Positions 20,776 to 30,319 of a DNA stretch of 56,514 bases are shown here, in pieces (the stretch's first letter is position 1; each line of letters opens with the position of its first letter). A model generated the notes under the pieces. The model searched no databases and had not been told where the DNA came from. It was given only the letters and a program-made list of their open reading frames with translations. Position numbers and translations under genes: made by a program. This stretch comes from an uncultured virus (IMG/VR IMGVR_UViG_3300002835_000042) (taxonomy: Duplodnaviria; Heunggongvirae; Uroviricota; Caudoviricetes), in IMG/VR virus record IMGVR_UViG_3300002835_000042. One strand, given 5' to 3'.

Positions 20776-20805
20776 TTGACAGCCCCTTCAGGTGGATGGT
20801 ATACT
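20776..20805 (+). promoter_or_regulatory. sigmaA-type promoter
   Basis: TTGACA-N18-TATACT. Confidence 0.7.
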
Positions 20806-20834
20806 TAATCATACCTATCTGGAGGGGCTTTCGC

Positions 20835-21359
20835 ATGACCTGTATTGCTGTAGTAAAACACGAAGGTAAAGTATATATGGCTGGAGATCGTGGGGCATCT
20901 GACGATAATACTATTCTATCACTTGATGCGCCAAAGGTTTGGAAGATAGGTCCATATCTTATTGGATATGCTGGTGCAATGGACGGAGAAAGAATCCGTT
21001 ATAATTTTAAACCAACAGCACCCAACCTTAAAGACACAGACAAATTTATGCAGACTAAGTTTGTTAAAGAACTTCGTGATTTTTATAACGAGTTCTGGGT
21101 TGATACATCCAAAGACGGAGACCTAGGATTAATTGTTGCAATTCGTGGAGAAATATATGAACACAGTTCTGGGGATATGTCTTTATCTAAATATACAGTT
21201 CCATATCTAGCCATGGGCTCTGGAGCAGAGTATGCGTATGGGGTTTTGTATGCCACAGACAAACAAAAAAATGCAAGAAATAGAGTTCTTCAGGCAGTTA
21301 ATGCAGCCATAAAATTTAGCCCATCCTGCATGGGTCCAGTTGACATTGTCAGTGCTTAG
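20835..21359 (+). CDS. Ntn-hydrolase peptidase (HslV/proteasome beta-like)
   Basis: Start MTCIAVV exposes an N-terminal Thr; AGDR, PKV, AMGSGAEYA. Confidence 0.75.
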   Translation: MTCIAVVKHEGKVYMAGDRGASDDNTILSLDAPKVWKIGPYLIGYAGAMDGERIRYNFKPTAPNLKDTDKFMQTKFVKELRDFYNEFWVDTSKDGDLGLIVAIRGEIYEHSSGDMSLSKYTVPYLAMGSGAEYAYGVLYATDKQKNARNRVLQAVNAAIKFSPSCMGPVDIVSA

Positions 21360-21368
21360 GAGTATAAT
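21347..21368 (+). promoter_or_regulatory. RecA-NDp/PafBC-type promoter
   Basis: TGTCAG-tgcttaggag-TATAAT; ATG 6 nt downstream. Confidence 0.7.
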
Positions 21369-21374
21369 TATTAT

Positions 21375-21557
21375 ATGCTAGAAGAAATAGATCACGATGA
21401 GTTTACTATATGGTTGGAAAACGGTATAGATAGAGGGTGGATTACAGAACCGTTCTGTAACACCCATGATGGAGATCCATACATGACTGCTGAAGAACAG
21501 CAGGAGTGGGAAGACGGTGGAGATCCATGTCAAGTAGTTTTTAAAATAAAAGAATAA
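21375..21557 (+). CDS. small acidic hypothetical protein
   Basis: 60 aa with CNTHDG...DPC; probably leaderless. Confidence 0.65.
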   Translation: MLEEIDHDEFTIWLENGIDRGWITEPFCNTHDGDPYMTAEEQQEWEDGGDPCQVVFKIKE

Positions 21558-21584
21558 ACAAACAACAAACAAAGGATAAAATAA

Positions 21585-22457
21585 ATGAAGAAAGCACTAC
21601 TAGCACTACTATCAGCAGTACTTGTAATCACAGCAATTCAGCCAGCACAGGCACAAGATGAAAGAGTCTTAGCGATTATTGACTCTGCCATCAATTCTAA
21701 TAACTTCCCTCAAATTATTCACGAGGTCTGCTTTACAACTGTAAAGTCAAAGATTGTTTCTCAAAACATGTCTTGCCCTAACGGAGAACTGTTTATGGAA
21801 GGCAAGGGTGCAGCATCTGCTCCATGGCCAAAATCAATTAACAACGCTACCTACCATGGTGATTCAATGGTTAAGGCTGCTCTCACTGTTGATCCAAATC
21901 TAAAGATTGTTTTTATTAGATTTAATGATGTTACATCCCTTGGAAATTCAAGGGGAGATGCAAGAGCCTTGGCACTAGCATTTGACTGGGTATCAAAGAA
22001 TGCATCTAAGTATAGTATCGATGCTCTTTCAGTCAGCCAGTCCTCAGTAAGCGCAAACAACCTTAAACTATGCACAAATGATACAGTTACTGTGAATGCA
22101 GTAGCATCTTTAAATGCAAACAACATTCCAGTGTTTGCTGCAACAGGCAATGATCGACGCAAAGATGTTGTAGGATTTCCTTCATGTGTTAATGGAGTAA
22201 TTGGTGTGGGAGCATTGGGCAACGCAACACAACTAGAAGGACTGACAAACACAGGTCCTGGACTTGATATGGTTGCTCCTGGCAAGGTTCGTATCACCAA
22301 GTACAATGGTTCTCCAACAGATACTGCTGGAAGTTCTGTGGCAACTGCAGTTTCTGCAGCCTCGTATGTAAATCGCAATACCTTTAGTACCTTTGGAGAG
22401 TATTTATCTTCTCTTTCAAAGATTGTAATAGGGTCTGCCTCTTACATTCGTAATTAA
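21585..22457 (+). CDS. secreted subtilisin-like (S8) peptidase
   Basis: Signal peptide; IIDS, HGDSM, AATGN, AGSSVA triad motifs. Confidence 0.8.
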   Translation: MKKALLALLSAVLVITAIQPAQAQDERVLAIIDSAINSNNFPQIIHEVCFTTVKSKIVSQNMSCPNGELFMEGKGAASAPWPKSINNATYHGDSMVKAALTVDPNLKIVFIRFNDVTSLGNSRGDARALALAFDWVSKNASKYSIDALSVSQSSVSANNLKLCTNDTVTVNAVASLNANNIPVFAATGNDRRKDVVGFPSCVNGVIGVGALGNATQLEGLTNTGPGLDMVAPGKVRITKYNGSPTDTAGSSVATAVSAASYVNRNTFSTFGEYLSSLSKIVIGSASYIRN

Positions 22458-22462
22458 ACATC

Positions 22463-22488
22463 AGTCCTGGGTATGACTAAAACTGCCC
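22463..22488 (+). ncRNA. H-type pseudoknot element, copy 1
   Basis: AGTC-CT-GGGTA-T-GACT-AAAAC-TGCCC. Confidence 0.7.
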
Positions 22489-22512
22489 TTAAAAACATGT
22501 TATAATAAAATC

Positions 22513-23304
22513 ATGAAATCAATCTATGATATTCCTCTAAACTCAGCAGAAGGCACCCCAAACCACCTTGAACAATACAAAGGCAAGGTTACACTGGTAG
22601 CAAATACCACAGTCGGTTGCGGTAACGCCAACCAACTAGAAGTTTTACAGATGCTTCAAGATAAGTATAACAGCGAAGATTTTGAAATAATTGCTATACC
22701 AACAAACGACTACTGCGGTCCAGGAGTTACCAAAGGAAGATGGTCACAAGGAATTACTTGTGGTTTAGATTCAAAAGCCTACGGGGAAGAAATTTACAAT
22801 ACAACCTTTAAGTACTCAGAGATGGTTTCTTCGGTTCCTCATGAGTTACTAAACGAAGTGTTAGAGAACGGACTTAGCGCTGGAACTAACGGACTAGGAC
22901 AACCAACACTACCACCTCACGAAGTATATGCAGAAATTTCATCACAGATGAAAATGTTACAGTTAATGAGAGATTCTTTAGAAGATGGGAATGTTGAAGG
23001 AAAATTTAAATCACCTTGGCTAAACATTGGATTTTATGATGGAGTTCAAATGGGTGGCAATTATGAGAAGTATTTGATTGATAAGGACGGCTATGTTATG
23101 AAACATTTTACATGCACAGTCTTAAATTATGACATAGAAAAAACCTTAAAAGAGGCTCTAATTGCAGAAGGAAAGAACCCAGCGATGGGCTCTGACAGAT
23201 CTCCAGAAATCTTTGAAGAAGAGTTTGCCTTTGTTTGTTCTGAAATTGAAAAGGCTATTGCGGGAGCAAGATCTGCCCTTAATCCATCCTTAGCAAAAAT
23301 ATAA
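22513..23304 (+). CDS. glutathione peroxidase-like protein
   Basis: YKGKVTLVANT..GCG, IAIPTND, NYEKYLID. Confidence 0.8.
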   Translation: MKSIYDIPLNSAEGTPNHLEQYKGKVTLVANTTVGCGNANQLEVLQMLQDKYNSEDFEIIAIPTNDYCGPGVTKGRWSQGITCGLDSKAYGEEIYNTTFKYSEMVSSVPHELLNEVLENGLSAGTNGLGQPTLPPHEVYAEISSQMKMLQLMRDSLEDGNVEGKFKSPWLNIGFYDGVQMGGNYEKYLIDKDGYVMKHFTCTVLNYDIEKTLKEALIAEGKNPAMGSDRSPEIFEEEFAFVCSEIEKAIAGARSALNPSLAKI

Positions 23305-23314
23305 TACACACTTA

Positions 23315-23343
23315 TTGACAGACACACCTTGTTCTGCTATAAT
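23315..23343 (+). promoter_or_regulatory. consensus sigmaA promoter
   Basis: TTGACA-N17-TATAAT. Confidence 0.8.
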
Positions 23344-23373
23344 ATATGTATGCTACATTAACAAGGAGGAAGC

Positions 23374-24021
23374 ATGTCGGTAAAAGGTTCGGTAGAAGCA
23401 ATTATTGAAGTTGCAAAGAAAGAAGTAGGAACTATTGAAGGTCCTAAAGATAATGAAACAAAATATGGTAAGTGGACTGGTGTTAATTTCCAACCATGGT
23501 GCCAATCATTTGTTTCTTGGTGTGCATTTACATCAGGATTAAATCCAAAGAAGTATCCAAAGTCTGCATCAACCGTTGCAGCATCTGATTGGTTTAAGAA
23601 AAATGATCGTTGGGCAGATGCTCGTAATGACGACCCAACCCCAGGAGACTGGATCTATTTTGATTTCCCAGAAGACGGAGTAAATCGTATTTCACATGTT
23701 GGTATTTGCATTAAGAATAATGGAGATGGAACAATCCAGGTTATTGAAGGCAACACATCAGGCACTGCAAAGGGAGACCAGCGAAATGGCGGTATGTGCG
23801 TAGAAAAAACACGTGCATATGTAAAGAACAACAAGAAAAAACTAATCAATGGAGTTGTTGGCTGGGGTCGTCCAGTTTATACTGGCGAAGAAGATCTTCC
23901 ATTGCTAAACAAACTAGCAGAGCAACCAGTAGTACCCGCTAAGAAGTCTGTTAAGAAGGCTGCAAAGCCTGTTGTAAAGAAATCCGTAGGTGGCGGAGGA
24001 AAAGGAATGGTAGCACTATAA
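23374..24021 (+). CDS. CHAP-domain amidase (endolysin-like)
   Basis: PWCQSFVSW, PGD, SHVGI, IEGNTS. Confidence 0.85.
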   Translation: MSVKGSVEAIIEVAKKEVGTIEGPKDNETKYGKWTGVNFQPWCQSFVSWCAFTSGLNPKKYPKSASTVAASDWFKKNDRWADARNDDPTPGDWIYFDFPEDGVNRISHVGICIKNNGDGTIQVIEGNTSGTAKGDQRNGGMCVEKTRAYVKNNKKKLINGVVGWGRPVYTGEEDLPLLNKLAEQPVVPAKKSVKKAAKPVVKKSVGGGGKGMVAL

Positions 24022-24239
24022 TGGAGTCTAGAAGAAAGTCATTACTAAAAACTGCAAGTTGGCCATTTGTACACTTTACTTTTGTTTCTGGAATAATCTA
24101 TTTCGTACTTAAGTATTACACTGGAGAGGCAGAGTGGGAGTATGTTGGTCTATATGGACTGTCATATCTAGCACTAGAAATGACTTTCTTCTATATTCAT
24201 GAAAGAGTTTGGTCAAAATTTGGTGGGAGAATTAAATAA
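24021..24239 (+). CDS. DUF2061-like membrane protein
   Basis: ESRRKSLLKTASW...YIHERVW. Confidence 0.7.
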   Translation: MESRRKSLLKTASWPFVHFTFVSGIIYFVLKYYTGEAEWEYVGLYGLSYLALEMTFFYIHERVWSKFGGRIK

Positions 24240-24348
24240 TGAGAATAAAAATAATTAAGTTTATCGTAAAAGCATTAGGGTATGAGTGGTCTGGAGACCA
24301 ATTAAACCTACCAGTATGGCAAGTAAAGGCTAAAACGAAAAAGAAATA

Positions 24349-24534
24349 ATGCCATCATATGAATATGACTGTATGTCTTGTGCAATAAGATATACAAAGA
24401 TTAGGTCTATGTCCGAAAACGATCCAGGGTATCAATGTGAGACTTGCAATCAGTCCCTAGTTCGTGTATACTCTAATATAGGAGTCACATTCAATGGCTC
24501 TGGATTTTATAAAACCGACAATCGGAAGGTATAA
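24349..24534 (+). CDS. FmdB-family zinc-ribbon protein
   Basis: MPSYEYDCxxC...CxxC...FNGSGFYKTD. Confidence 0.85.
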   Translation: MPSYEYDCMSCAIRYTKIRSMSENDPGYQCETCNQSLVRVYSNIGVTFNGSGFYKTDNRKV

Positions 24535-24535
24535 T

Positions 24536-24763
24536 ATGTTTACAATGCTTAAAGATGATGTAAAACCAGAATGGAAATTGTCACCTTTAAATAGATGCGA
24601 TAGGTGCAATGCGGAAGCCCTGGTTCAAGTAACTGGGTTAAACGGAGACTTGCTATTTTGTGGTCATCACTATAATAAAATCATGGATAATGCAGTAGGC
24701 TATGACAAAATGATGAAGTTTGCTATAACAATTATTGATGAACGAGAAAAACTTGCTCAATAA
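24536..24763 (+). CDS. small actinobacterial-type Zn-binding protein
   Basis: RCDRC...FCGHH. Confidence 0.65.
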   Translation: MFTMLKDDVKPEWKLSPLNRCDRCNAEALVQVTGLNGDLLFCGHHYNKIMDNAVGYDKMMKFAITIIDEREKLAQ

Positions 24764-25593
24764 TGAATATTCATTACATGCTAAGAGAGTCCCAACTTCC
24801 TCTTGATGCTCTTTCTCATTACCTAGAAGAATGTGGCTATAAGTCAGTTTTGTTAACTTTTCATTCACAACAACCAGACTATTTTGTAAAGTCTGCTGCT
24901 TCTCTTACCCCTGGCCACAAACTAAAATATATGATTGCACTAAGACCGTATCATGTAAGTCCTCAGTATCTTTCAATGATGACTAAAGCATATAATGAGA
25001 TAGAAAGTAACAGACTTATAATTAATTGGATTGCTGGTGATTTTCATAATAGATCAGATGAGCCAGATATAGAGTTAGATGTTTTTTTAGAATCAGAACC
25101 AATAGATACTATACAAAAAAGAACTACATTTTTAAGAAATTTTGTAAAAATGTATAAACTTTACTGTCCAGTTTCTGAAAGACCTCCTATGGTTTTTAGC
25201 GGATACTCTGATTACACCTTAGAGACTGTAAAAATTCATGGGGGAACATCGCTATGCATGTTGGATACATATAGAGAGAATATAAAAAAGTTTGACGGAA
25301 TTGAAAAAAGAATGGTCAGCGCAAATGTTACCATCTTAGAATCAAACAAAGAGATTGAAGAGTATAAAGAAAAAATTATTCCTGCTAATCCTAGACACAT
25401 AAACTTTTCAATTATTGGAGACTATCAAACAGTTAAACAAAAGATAATTAATCTAAAGGATGAGGGAATAACTGATTTGCTACTGTTTACGAATACAGAA
25501 ATTTTAGACTCAGACTGGAACCAACAGAACGATATAAGAGTAAATAGACTTGTTAAAGAAATAAATAGTGAGGATGCAGAAAATGATAGTTAG
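24763..25593 (+). CDS. luciferase-like monooxygenase family protein (divergent)
   Basis: KYMIALRPYHVSPQYL...RLIINWIAG resembles LLM/SsuD. Confidence 0.6.
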   Translation: MNIHYMLRESQLPLDALSHYLEECGYKSVLLTFHSQQPDYFVKSAASLTPGHKLKYMIALRPYHVSPQYLSMMTKAYNEIESNRLIINWIAGDFHNRSDEPDIELDVFLESEPIDTIQKRTTFLRNFVKMYKLYCPVSERPPMVFSGYSDYTLETVKIHGGTSLCMLDTYRENIKKFDGIEKRMVSANVTILESNKEIEEYKEKIIPANPRHINFSIIGDYQTVKQKIINLKDEGITDLLLFTNTEILDSDWNQQNDIRVNRLVKEINSEDAENDS

Positions 25594-26167
25594 AGATAAA
25601 GAGTATAGTGCAGTACTTTTTGTTCACATACCAAAGACTGCAGGATCTTCAATTTCTAAAATATTAGATGAAAAAAATTTAGACAACTGGAAGAGAGAAT
25701 GGCCAAGGCATCACGATCCATACTCATATCTAAAAGAAGCAAACCTAATAGACGAGAGAGTCTTCTCTTTTGCTGTTGTAAGAAACCCCTACACAAGAAC
25801 CTATAGTTGCTACAAGCAATACAATAAAACTAATCAAACAGACATCTCTTTTGCACAGTACCTAGATAATATTAAACAGGGAAAAATATCTACAGTAAGC
25901 CCACTACTCCACATCCCCCAGTCTTTTTATATCATGGACCAGGATGATCTGCAGGTAGAGAGACTTTATAAGTTTGAGAACCTAAAAGAGTTAGAGGATG
26001 AACTCGGCTGGGAACTTGGATTTTACAATGTAGGCAACTATGTGGTAGAATCATATATACAAGAATATTCAGATGAGGCAATAAAAATGGTTCAGGATTT
26101 CTACAGTTCTGACTTTATTAACTTTGGATATTCTAAAGATTTTAATCAGACCCTGGAGGCAAAATGA
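25583..26167 (+). CDS. sulfotransferase family protein
   Basis: FVHIPKTAGSS (5'-PSB) and VRNPYTR (3'-PB) motifs. Confidence 0.8.
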   Translation: MIVRDKEYSAVLFVHIPKTAGSSISKILDEKNLDNWKREWPRHHDPYSYLKEANLIDERVFSFAVVRNPYTRTYSCYKQYNKTNQTDISFAQYLDNIKQGKISTVSPLLHIPQSFYIMDQDDLQVERLYKFENLKELEDELGWELGFYNVGNYVVESYIQEYSDEAIKMVQDFYSSDFINFGYSKDFNQTLEAK

Positions 26168-26727
26168 GAAAGACGCTAGAAGACTTTAACTTTAAGCAAC
26201 ACAGTAAGTATGATGTTGAGCCCATCAAAAACTATATAGATAGTTTTTCTGAAGAGTGGTTTATCAATACATCAAGACAAGATAACTACTATGTTCATAA
26301 AGATACTAACTCATACTTTGTCTATACCGCAGATCTTATGTGGAAAGAAGGAGAAGAATTTTCTACTCAGAAAACATCTAATGATACTGGGCTGCTTGAA
26401 ATTCTTGAGCCAATAATCTCAGACCTTGAAAGAATCCACAAGGGTGTCAGAGGTATGGTGCTTTTGATTAAGTTAAAAGCAGGTCAAGATATAGCACATC
26501 ATCATGATGCAGGAGACTATCTCATGCTTTCAAGAAGAAACCACATCCCAGTAGTTACTTCTGACAGTGTATTCTTTGGTGTAGGAGATGATAGGGTTAA
26601 GATGGGTACTGGAGAATGTTGGGAAATAAACAACTCAAGAACTCACTATGTAAATAATGGCAGTGAAATAGATAGGGTGCATTTGTTAATTGACATTATG
26701 CCAAACACAGAGATAGGGAAAAAATGA
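26164..26727 (+). CDS. Asp/Asn beta-hydroxylase-like 2OG-Fe(II) oxygenase
   Basis: HHD...RNHIP...WEINNSRTH.V.N...RVHLLID. Confidence 0.8.
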   Translation: MRKTLEDFNFKQHSKYDVEPIKNYIDSFSEEWFINTSRQDNYYVHKDTNSYFVYTADLMWKEGEEFSTQKTSNDTGLLEILEPIISDLERIHKGVRGMVLLIKLKAGQDIAHHHDAGDYLMLSRRNHIPVVTSDSVFFGVGDDRVKMGTGECWEINNSRTHYVNNGSEIDRVHLLIDIMPNTEIGKK

Positions 26728-27482
26728 TTATTCAGATTATTGGTCTGCCAGGTGCAGGCAAGACAGAGTTGGCCAAGGCACTCAAAGAAAGAATTAACGC
26801 CATTCACCTTAATGCAGATGAGGTCCGTGCAACAGTAAACTCAGACTTAGGTTTTAGCCCTGAAGATAGAATTGAACAGGCAAGACGTATGGGGGACATG
26901 GCAAGACTTATTGCTAAGCAGGGAGTTGCTCCAGTAATCGTTGACTTTGTATGCCCTACCGACTTGACTCGTGCAGCATTTGGCAATCCAGATATTTTAA
27001 TTTGGGTAGACAGAATTGAGTCTGGAAGATTTGAAGATACAAATAAGATGTGGGAAGATCCAGAGTCATGCGATGTCAGAATCCCCTGTGGCATGACCGT
27101 AGAAGAAGAGGCTGACCTTATCATTACTGCTTGCCAGTTACACGACTGGACAGCCCCTACAACCCTTATGCTGGGCAGATATCAGCCATGGCATGAAGGA
27201 CATCACGCTCTTTACAAAGAGGCAGGGAAAAGAACAGAGCAGGTACTTCTTGGAGTACGTAATACATACAATACAAGTGAAAAAGATCCACTTAAGTTTG
27301 ATCAGGTAAAGGAATATATTGCCAAGGATGAATTTATGGATGGGGCATTAGTGCTAAGACTACCTAACATTACTAATATTGTATATGGTAGAGATGTGGG
27401 ATACAAGATTGAACAAGTAGATTTGGGGGCAGACATTCATGCTATATCGGCTACGCAAAAACGTAAAGAGATGGGTATCTAA
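26724..27482 (+). CDS. APS-kinase-like domain fused to HIGH-type nucleotidyltransferase
   Basis: GLPGAGKT, LNADEVR, DLGFSPEDR; GRYQPWHEGH, ISATQKR. Confidence 0.8.
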   Translation: MIIQIIGLPGAGKTELAKALKERINAIHLNADEVRATVNSDLGFSPEDRIEQARRMGDMARLIAKQGVAPVIVDFVCPTDLTRAAFGNPDILIWVDRIESGRFEDTNKMWEDPESCDVRIPCGMTVEEEADLIITACQLHDWTAPTTLMLGRYQPWHEGHHALYKEAGKRTEQVLLGVRNTYNTSEKDPLKFDQVKEYIAKDEFMDGALVLRLPNITNIVYGRDVGYKIEQVDLGADIHAISATQKRKEMGI

Positions 27483-27530
27483 AATTTGGAAAGCAATTAG
27501 TAAAGGCCCTGACAATATGGAGTGGCCTTC

Positions 27531-27734
27531 ATGAAAGTAACCAAGGCTAGATCATTTGCCAAAGCATTAAGTTATCGCATATGGGGAACTCTTTCCTCTG
27601 TTGCTGTTGCCTATGTCATAACAAAAAATGCTGCTCTTTCCGTAACTATTGCGTTTTGGGAAACGGTAGTTAAAATATTCATTTACTACGCACATGAGCG
27701 TGGATGGAACTATATACAATGGGGAAGAAAATAA
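27531..27734 (+). CDS. DUF2061-like membrane protein
   Basis: RSFAKALSYR...YYAHERGW. Confidence 0.75.
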   Translation: MKVTKARSFAKALSYRIWGTLSSVAVAYVITKNAALSVTIAFWETVVKIFIYYAHERGWNYIQWGRK

Positions 27735-29278
27735 TGACAAAGAATATAGTTATTGTTGGTGGCGGAAGTGCTGGTTGGCTTACTGCCCTCAAAGCACAAA
27801 GGTCATACCCAGATCTAAACATAACAGTTATAGAGTCAACAGAAATAGGAATCTTGGGAGCAGGAGAAGGGTCTACCCCATACCTTGCAGACTTCTTTGA
27901 CCATTTAAATATTCCTTTATCTGACCTAATAAAAAATTGTGATGCAACTATTAAAAATGGAATCAAGTTTACAAATTGGAATAATGATGGAGAGTTTTAT
28001 TACCATGGTTTTTCTACAACAGATAGGTCGCTAGGCTTTGATGCTGTGTACGATAGGTATCTTTCTAATAGCCCTCTTGTTGCAGCAAGCATTGCTTTAA
28101 ATAATAGCGTAAAGAAGATAGACTTTACAGAAAAAATTTCAGAAGCCAACAAGGTTCCATTCACTTTGGAAGCAAACAAGAGAGATTTCGGTTTTGTATC
28201 TAAAAAAGATCCTATAGATGATTATAAAAAAATAGGAAATATTTCTATACATTTTAATGCTACCAAACTAGCAAATAGACTAAAAGAAATAGGAATAGAA
28301 AGAGGAATCAAAGTAGTTGATGGCACAATAAAAAATGTCTCACTAGATAAAGATAACTATGTAAATGGTTTAACTTTAGAAAATGATGAAAAGATTATGT
28401 GTGATTTTGTTTTTGATTGTAGCGGATTTCATAGGCTAATCATTGGGAAAGTATATGATGCTAAATGGAAAAGTTACAAAGATTTCCTTCCAGTAGACTC
28501 TGCTATTCCATTTTTTGTTGAGATGACAGATAAGATTCCATCCTACACAGAAGCAATTGCTATGAAATACGGATGGATGTGGAAGATTCCACTCCAGAAC
28601 AGGTTTGGCTGTGGGTATGTCTACGACTCATCCCTTATCTCTGAAGAAGAAGCAGTGAAAGAGATAGAAGAGTTCTTAGGCTATGAGCCAACCTATCCAA
28701 GAAAAGACAAGGGTGGCTTTAAGTTTAATGCTGGATGCTATGAAGAGCCCTGGATCAATAACTGTGTTGCGGTAGGCCTTGCAGCAAACTTTGTTGAGCC
28801 ACTAGAAGCAACATCAATTTGGGTTAGCATTGTAGAGTTGACACAGATATTTGACAATCCGCTATGGCTATTCGAGAACTCGAAAGAGATAAGACAAGAG
28901 TTTAACAAGAACATAGTTAGTATGAACAATAATATTTCTGAATTTATATATTTTCACTATATGACTTTAAGAAATGATACAGAGTTTTGGAAAAAGTTTT
29001 CATATGAGAATGCACCAAAAGATCTGCAAGAAAAAATTAGCAAGTGGAAGGTCAGACTTCCAAACAAGTTTGACTCTGGAGAGCACTGGTCATCAAATAG
29101 TTGGACCTTTGTAGGCTCTGCACACAACACAATTAATAAAGATATTGCAAAAGCATATATAGAAAATTCTGCAGACTATAAAAAGGGTGCTGATATGTAT
29201 GACTATTACAAGAAATATCAAGACTACAAGGTGTCAGAATGTATAGATCATAGACAATTTTTGGAGGGATTAAAATGA
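27734..29278 (+). CDS. tryptophan halogenase-like flavoprotein
   Basis: VGGGSAGW, GAGEGST, FDCSGF, WMWKIP, FVEPLEATSI. Confidence 0.9.
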   Translation: MTKNIVIVGGGSAGWLTALKAQRSYPDLNITVIESTEIGILGAGEGSTPYLADFFDHLNIPLSDLIKNCDATIKNGIKFTNWNNDGEFYYHGFSTTDRSLGFDAVYDRYLSNSPLVAASIALNNSVKKIDFTEKISEANKVPFTLEANKRDFGFVSKKDPIDDYKKIGNISIHFNATKLANRLKEIGIERGIKVVDGTIKNVSLDKDNYVNGLTLENDEKIMCDFVFDCSGFHRLIIGKVYDAKWKSYKDFLPVDSAIPFFVEMTDKIPSYTEAIAMKYGWMWKIPLQNRFGCGYVYDSSLISEEEAVKEIEEFLGYEPTYPRKDKGGFKFNAGCYEEPWINNCVAVGLAANFVEPLEATSIWVSIVELTQIFDNPLWLFENSKEIRQEFNKNIVSMNNNISEFIYFHYMTLRNDTEFWKKFSYENAPKDLQEKISKWKVRLPNKFDSGEHWSSNSWTFVGSAHNTINKDIAKAYIENSADYKKGADMYDYYKKYQDYKVSECIDHRQFLEGLK

Positions 29279-29559
29279 AATTTAGAACAGAGTGGATTAA
29301 TGCTCTAAAGACAATGAGACACAAAGAGTATTGGAACAAGCCAAATACTGTTGAGTTCTTTGCTTTTATGACAAAAATATCTATTATATTTCCAGGCTTA
29401 CTATTCGGTAAGCAATGGTGGTGGCTATACATCTTTGCATTGGTATCAAGCCTTGCATTGATTTGGTCATCGACAGTTAAGACTTTGCCTACAATTATTT
29501 GGTTTAATATCCTGTGGACAATTCTTGCCGTAAGTGCTATAATTAAACATTGGGTCTAA
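29275..29559 (+). CDS. membrane protein
   Basis: Three hydrophobic segments. Confidence 0.6.
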   Translation: MKFRTEWINALKTMRHKEYWNKPNTVEFFAFMTKISIIFPGLLFGKQWWWLYIFALVSSLALIWSSTVKTLPTIIWFNILWTILAVSAIIKHWV

Positions 29560-29570
29560 GGGGGCTTATT

Positions 29571-29978
29571 ATGTATCAGTATTATGTAAGAAAAGTAGAG
29601 AATGTAGTAGATGGAGATACCATTGACGTTCTTATTGATTTAGGGTTTGACATTTTGTTTTCATCTCGTGTAAGATTGGCTGGTATTGATACTCCTGAGT
29701 CTCGCACAAAAGATCTTAAGGAAAAGGCTCTTGGCCTTGAGTCTAAAGAATATTTAAAGAAGGCTCTAAAAGATGCCAAGTCTGTTGTAATCAAGACTGA
29801 GAAGATGGATTCATCTGAAAAGTATGGCCGTATCTTGGGTTGGATCTATGTCAATGATGACACTGTGTCTCTTAATGACATGATGATTAATGATGGTTAT
29901 GCATGGGGATATCTTGGAGATACCAAGGTAAAAGATTTTGATGCTTTAGCAAAGGCTAGAAAGAAGTCAGGGAAATGA
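29571..29978 (+). CDS. thermonuclease (SNase-like) family protein
   Basis: VVDGDT, RLAGIDTPE, KYGRILG. Confidence 0.85.
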   Translation: MYQYYVRKVENVVDGDTIDVLIDLGFDILFSSRVRLAGIDTPESRTKDLKEKALGLESKEYLKKALKDAKSVVIKTEKMDSSEKYGRILGWIYVNDDTVSLNDMMINDGYAWGYLGDTKVKDFDALAKARKKSGK

Positions 29979-30307
29979 TCAATGAAGATGAAATATTTGA
30001 TAGGCTGGTTTTAACTGGTGGAATAAAGTTTACTGGAAAAGATCCAGAAACTGGAGAGAATATGTATGTCAGAACAGAACTGCTAAAAGACATAGATCCC
30101 AATCTTGATCGAGAAATGTCTGTTTATTTTTCAGAAGTAGCAATGAAGTTGTGGGAAAAAGGTTTTGTAGACATGGACATAACCTTGCCAAACCCAATTG
30201 TAACTATAAGCGAGAGGGCCTTTGATATAAATAAAATAAAGGCTCTTCCTGTTGATGAAAGAACAGCCCTTCAGCAAATAATCAAGGTTCTTTTTGATAA
30301 AAAGTGA
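29975..30307 (+). CDS. hypothetical protein
   Basis: 110-aa coupled ORF. Confidence 0.55.
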   Translation: MINEDEIFDRLVLTGGIKFTGKDPETGENMYVRTELLKDIDPNLDREMSVYFSEVAMKLWEKGFVDMDITLPNPIVTISERAFDINKIKALPVDERTALQQIIKVLFDKK

Positions 30308-30319
30308 TAGAATAGTGGA

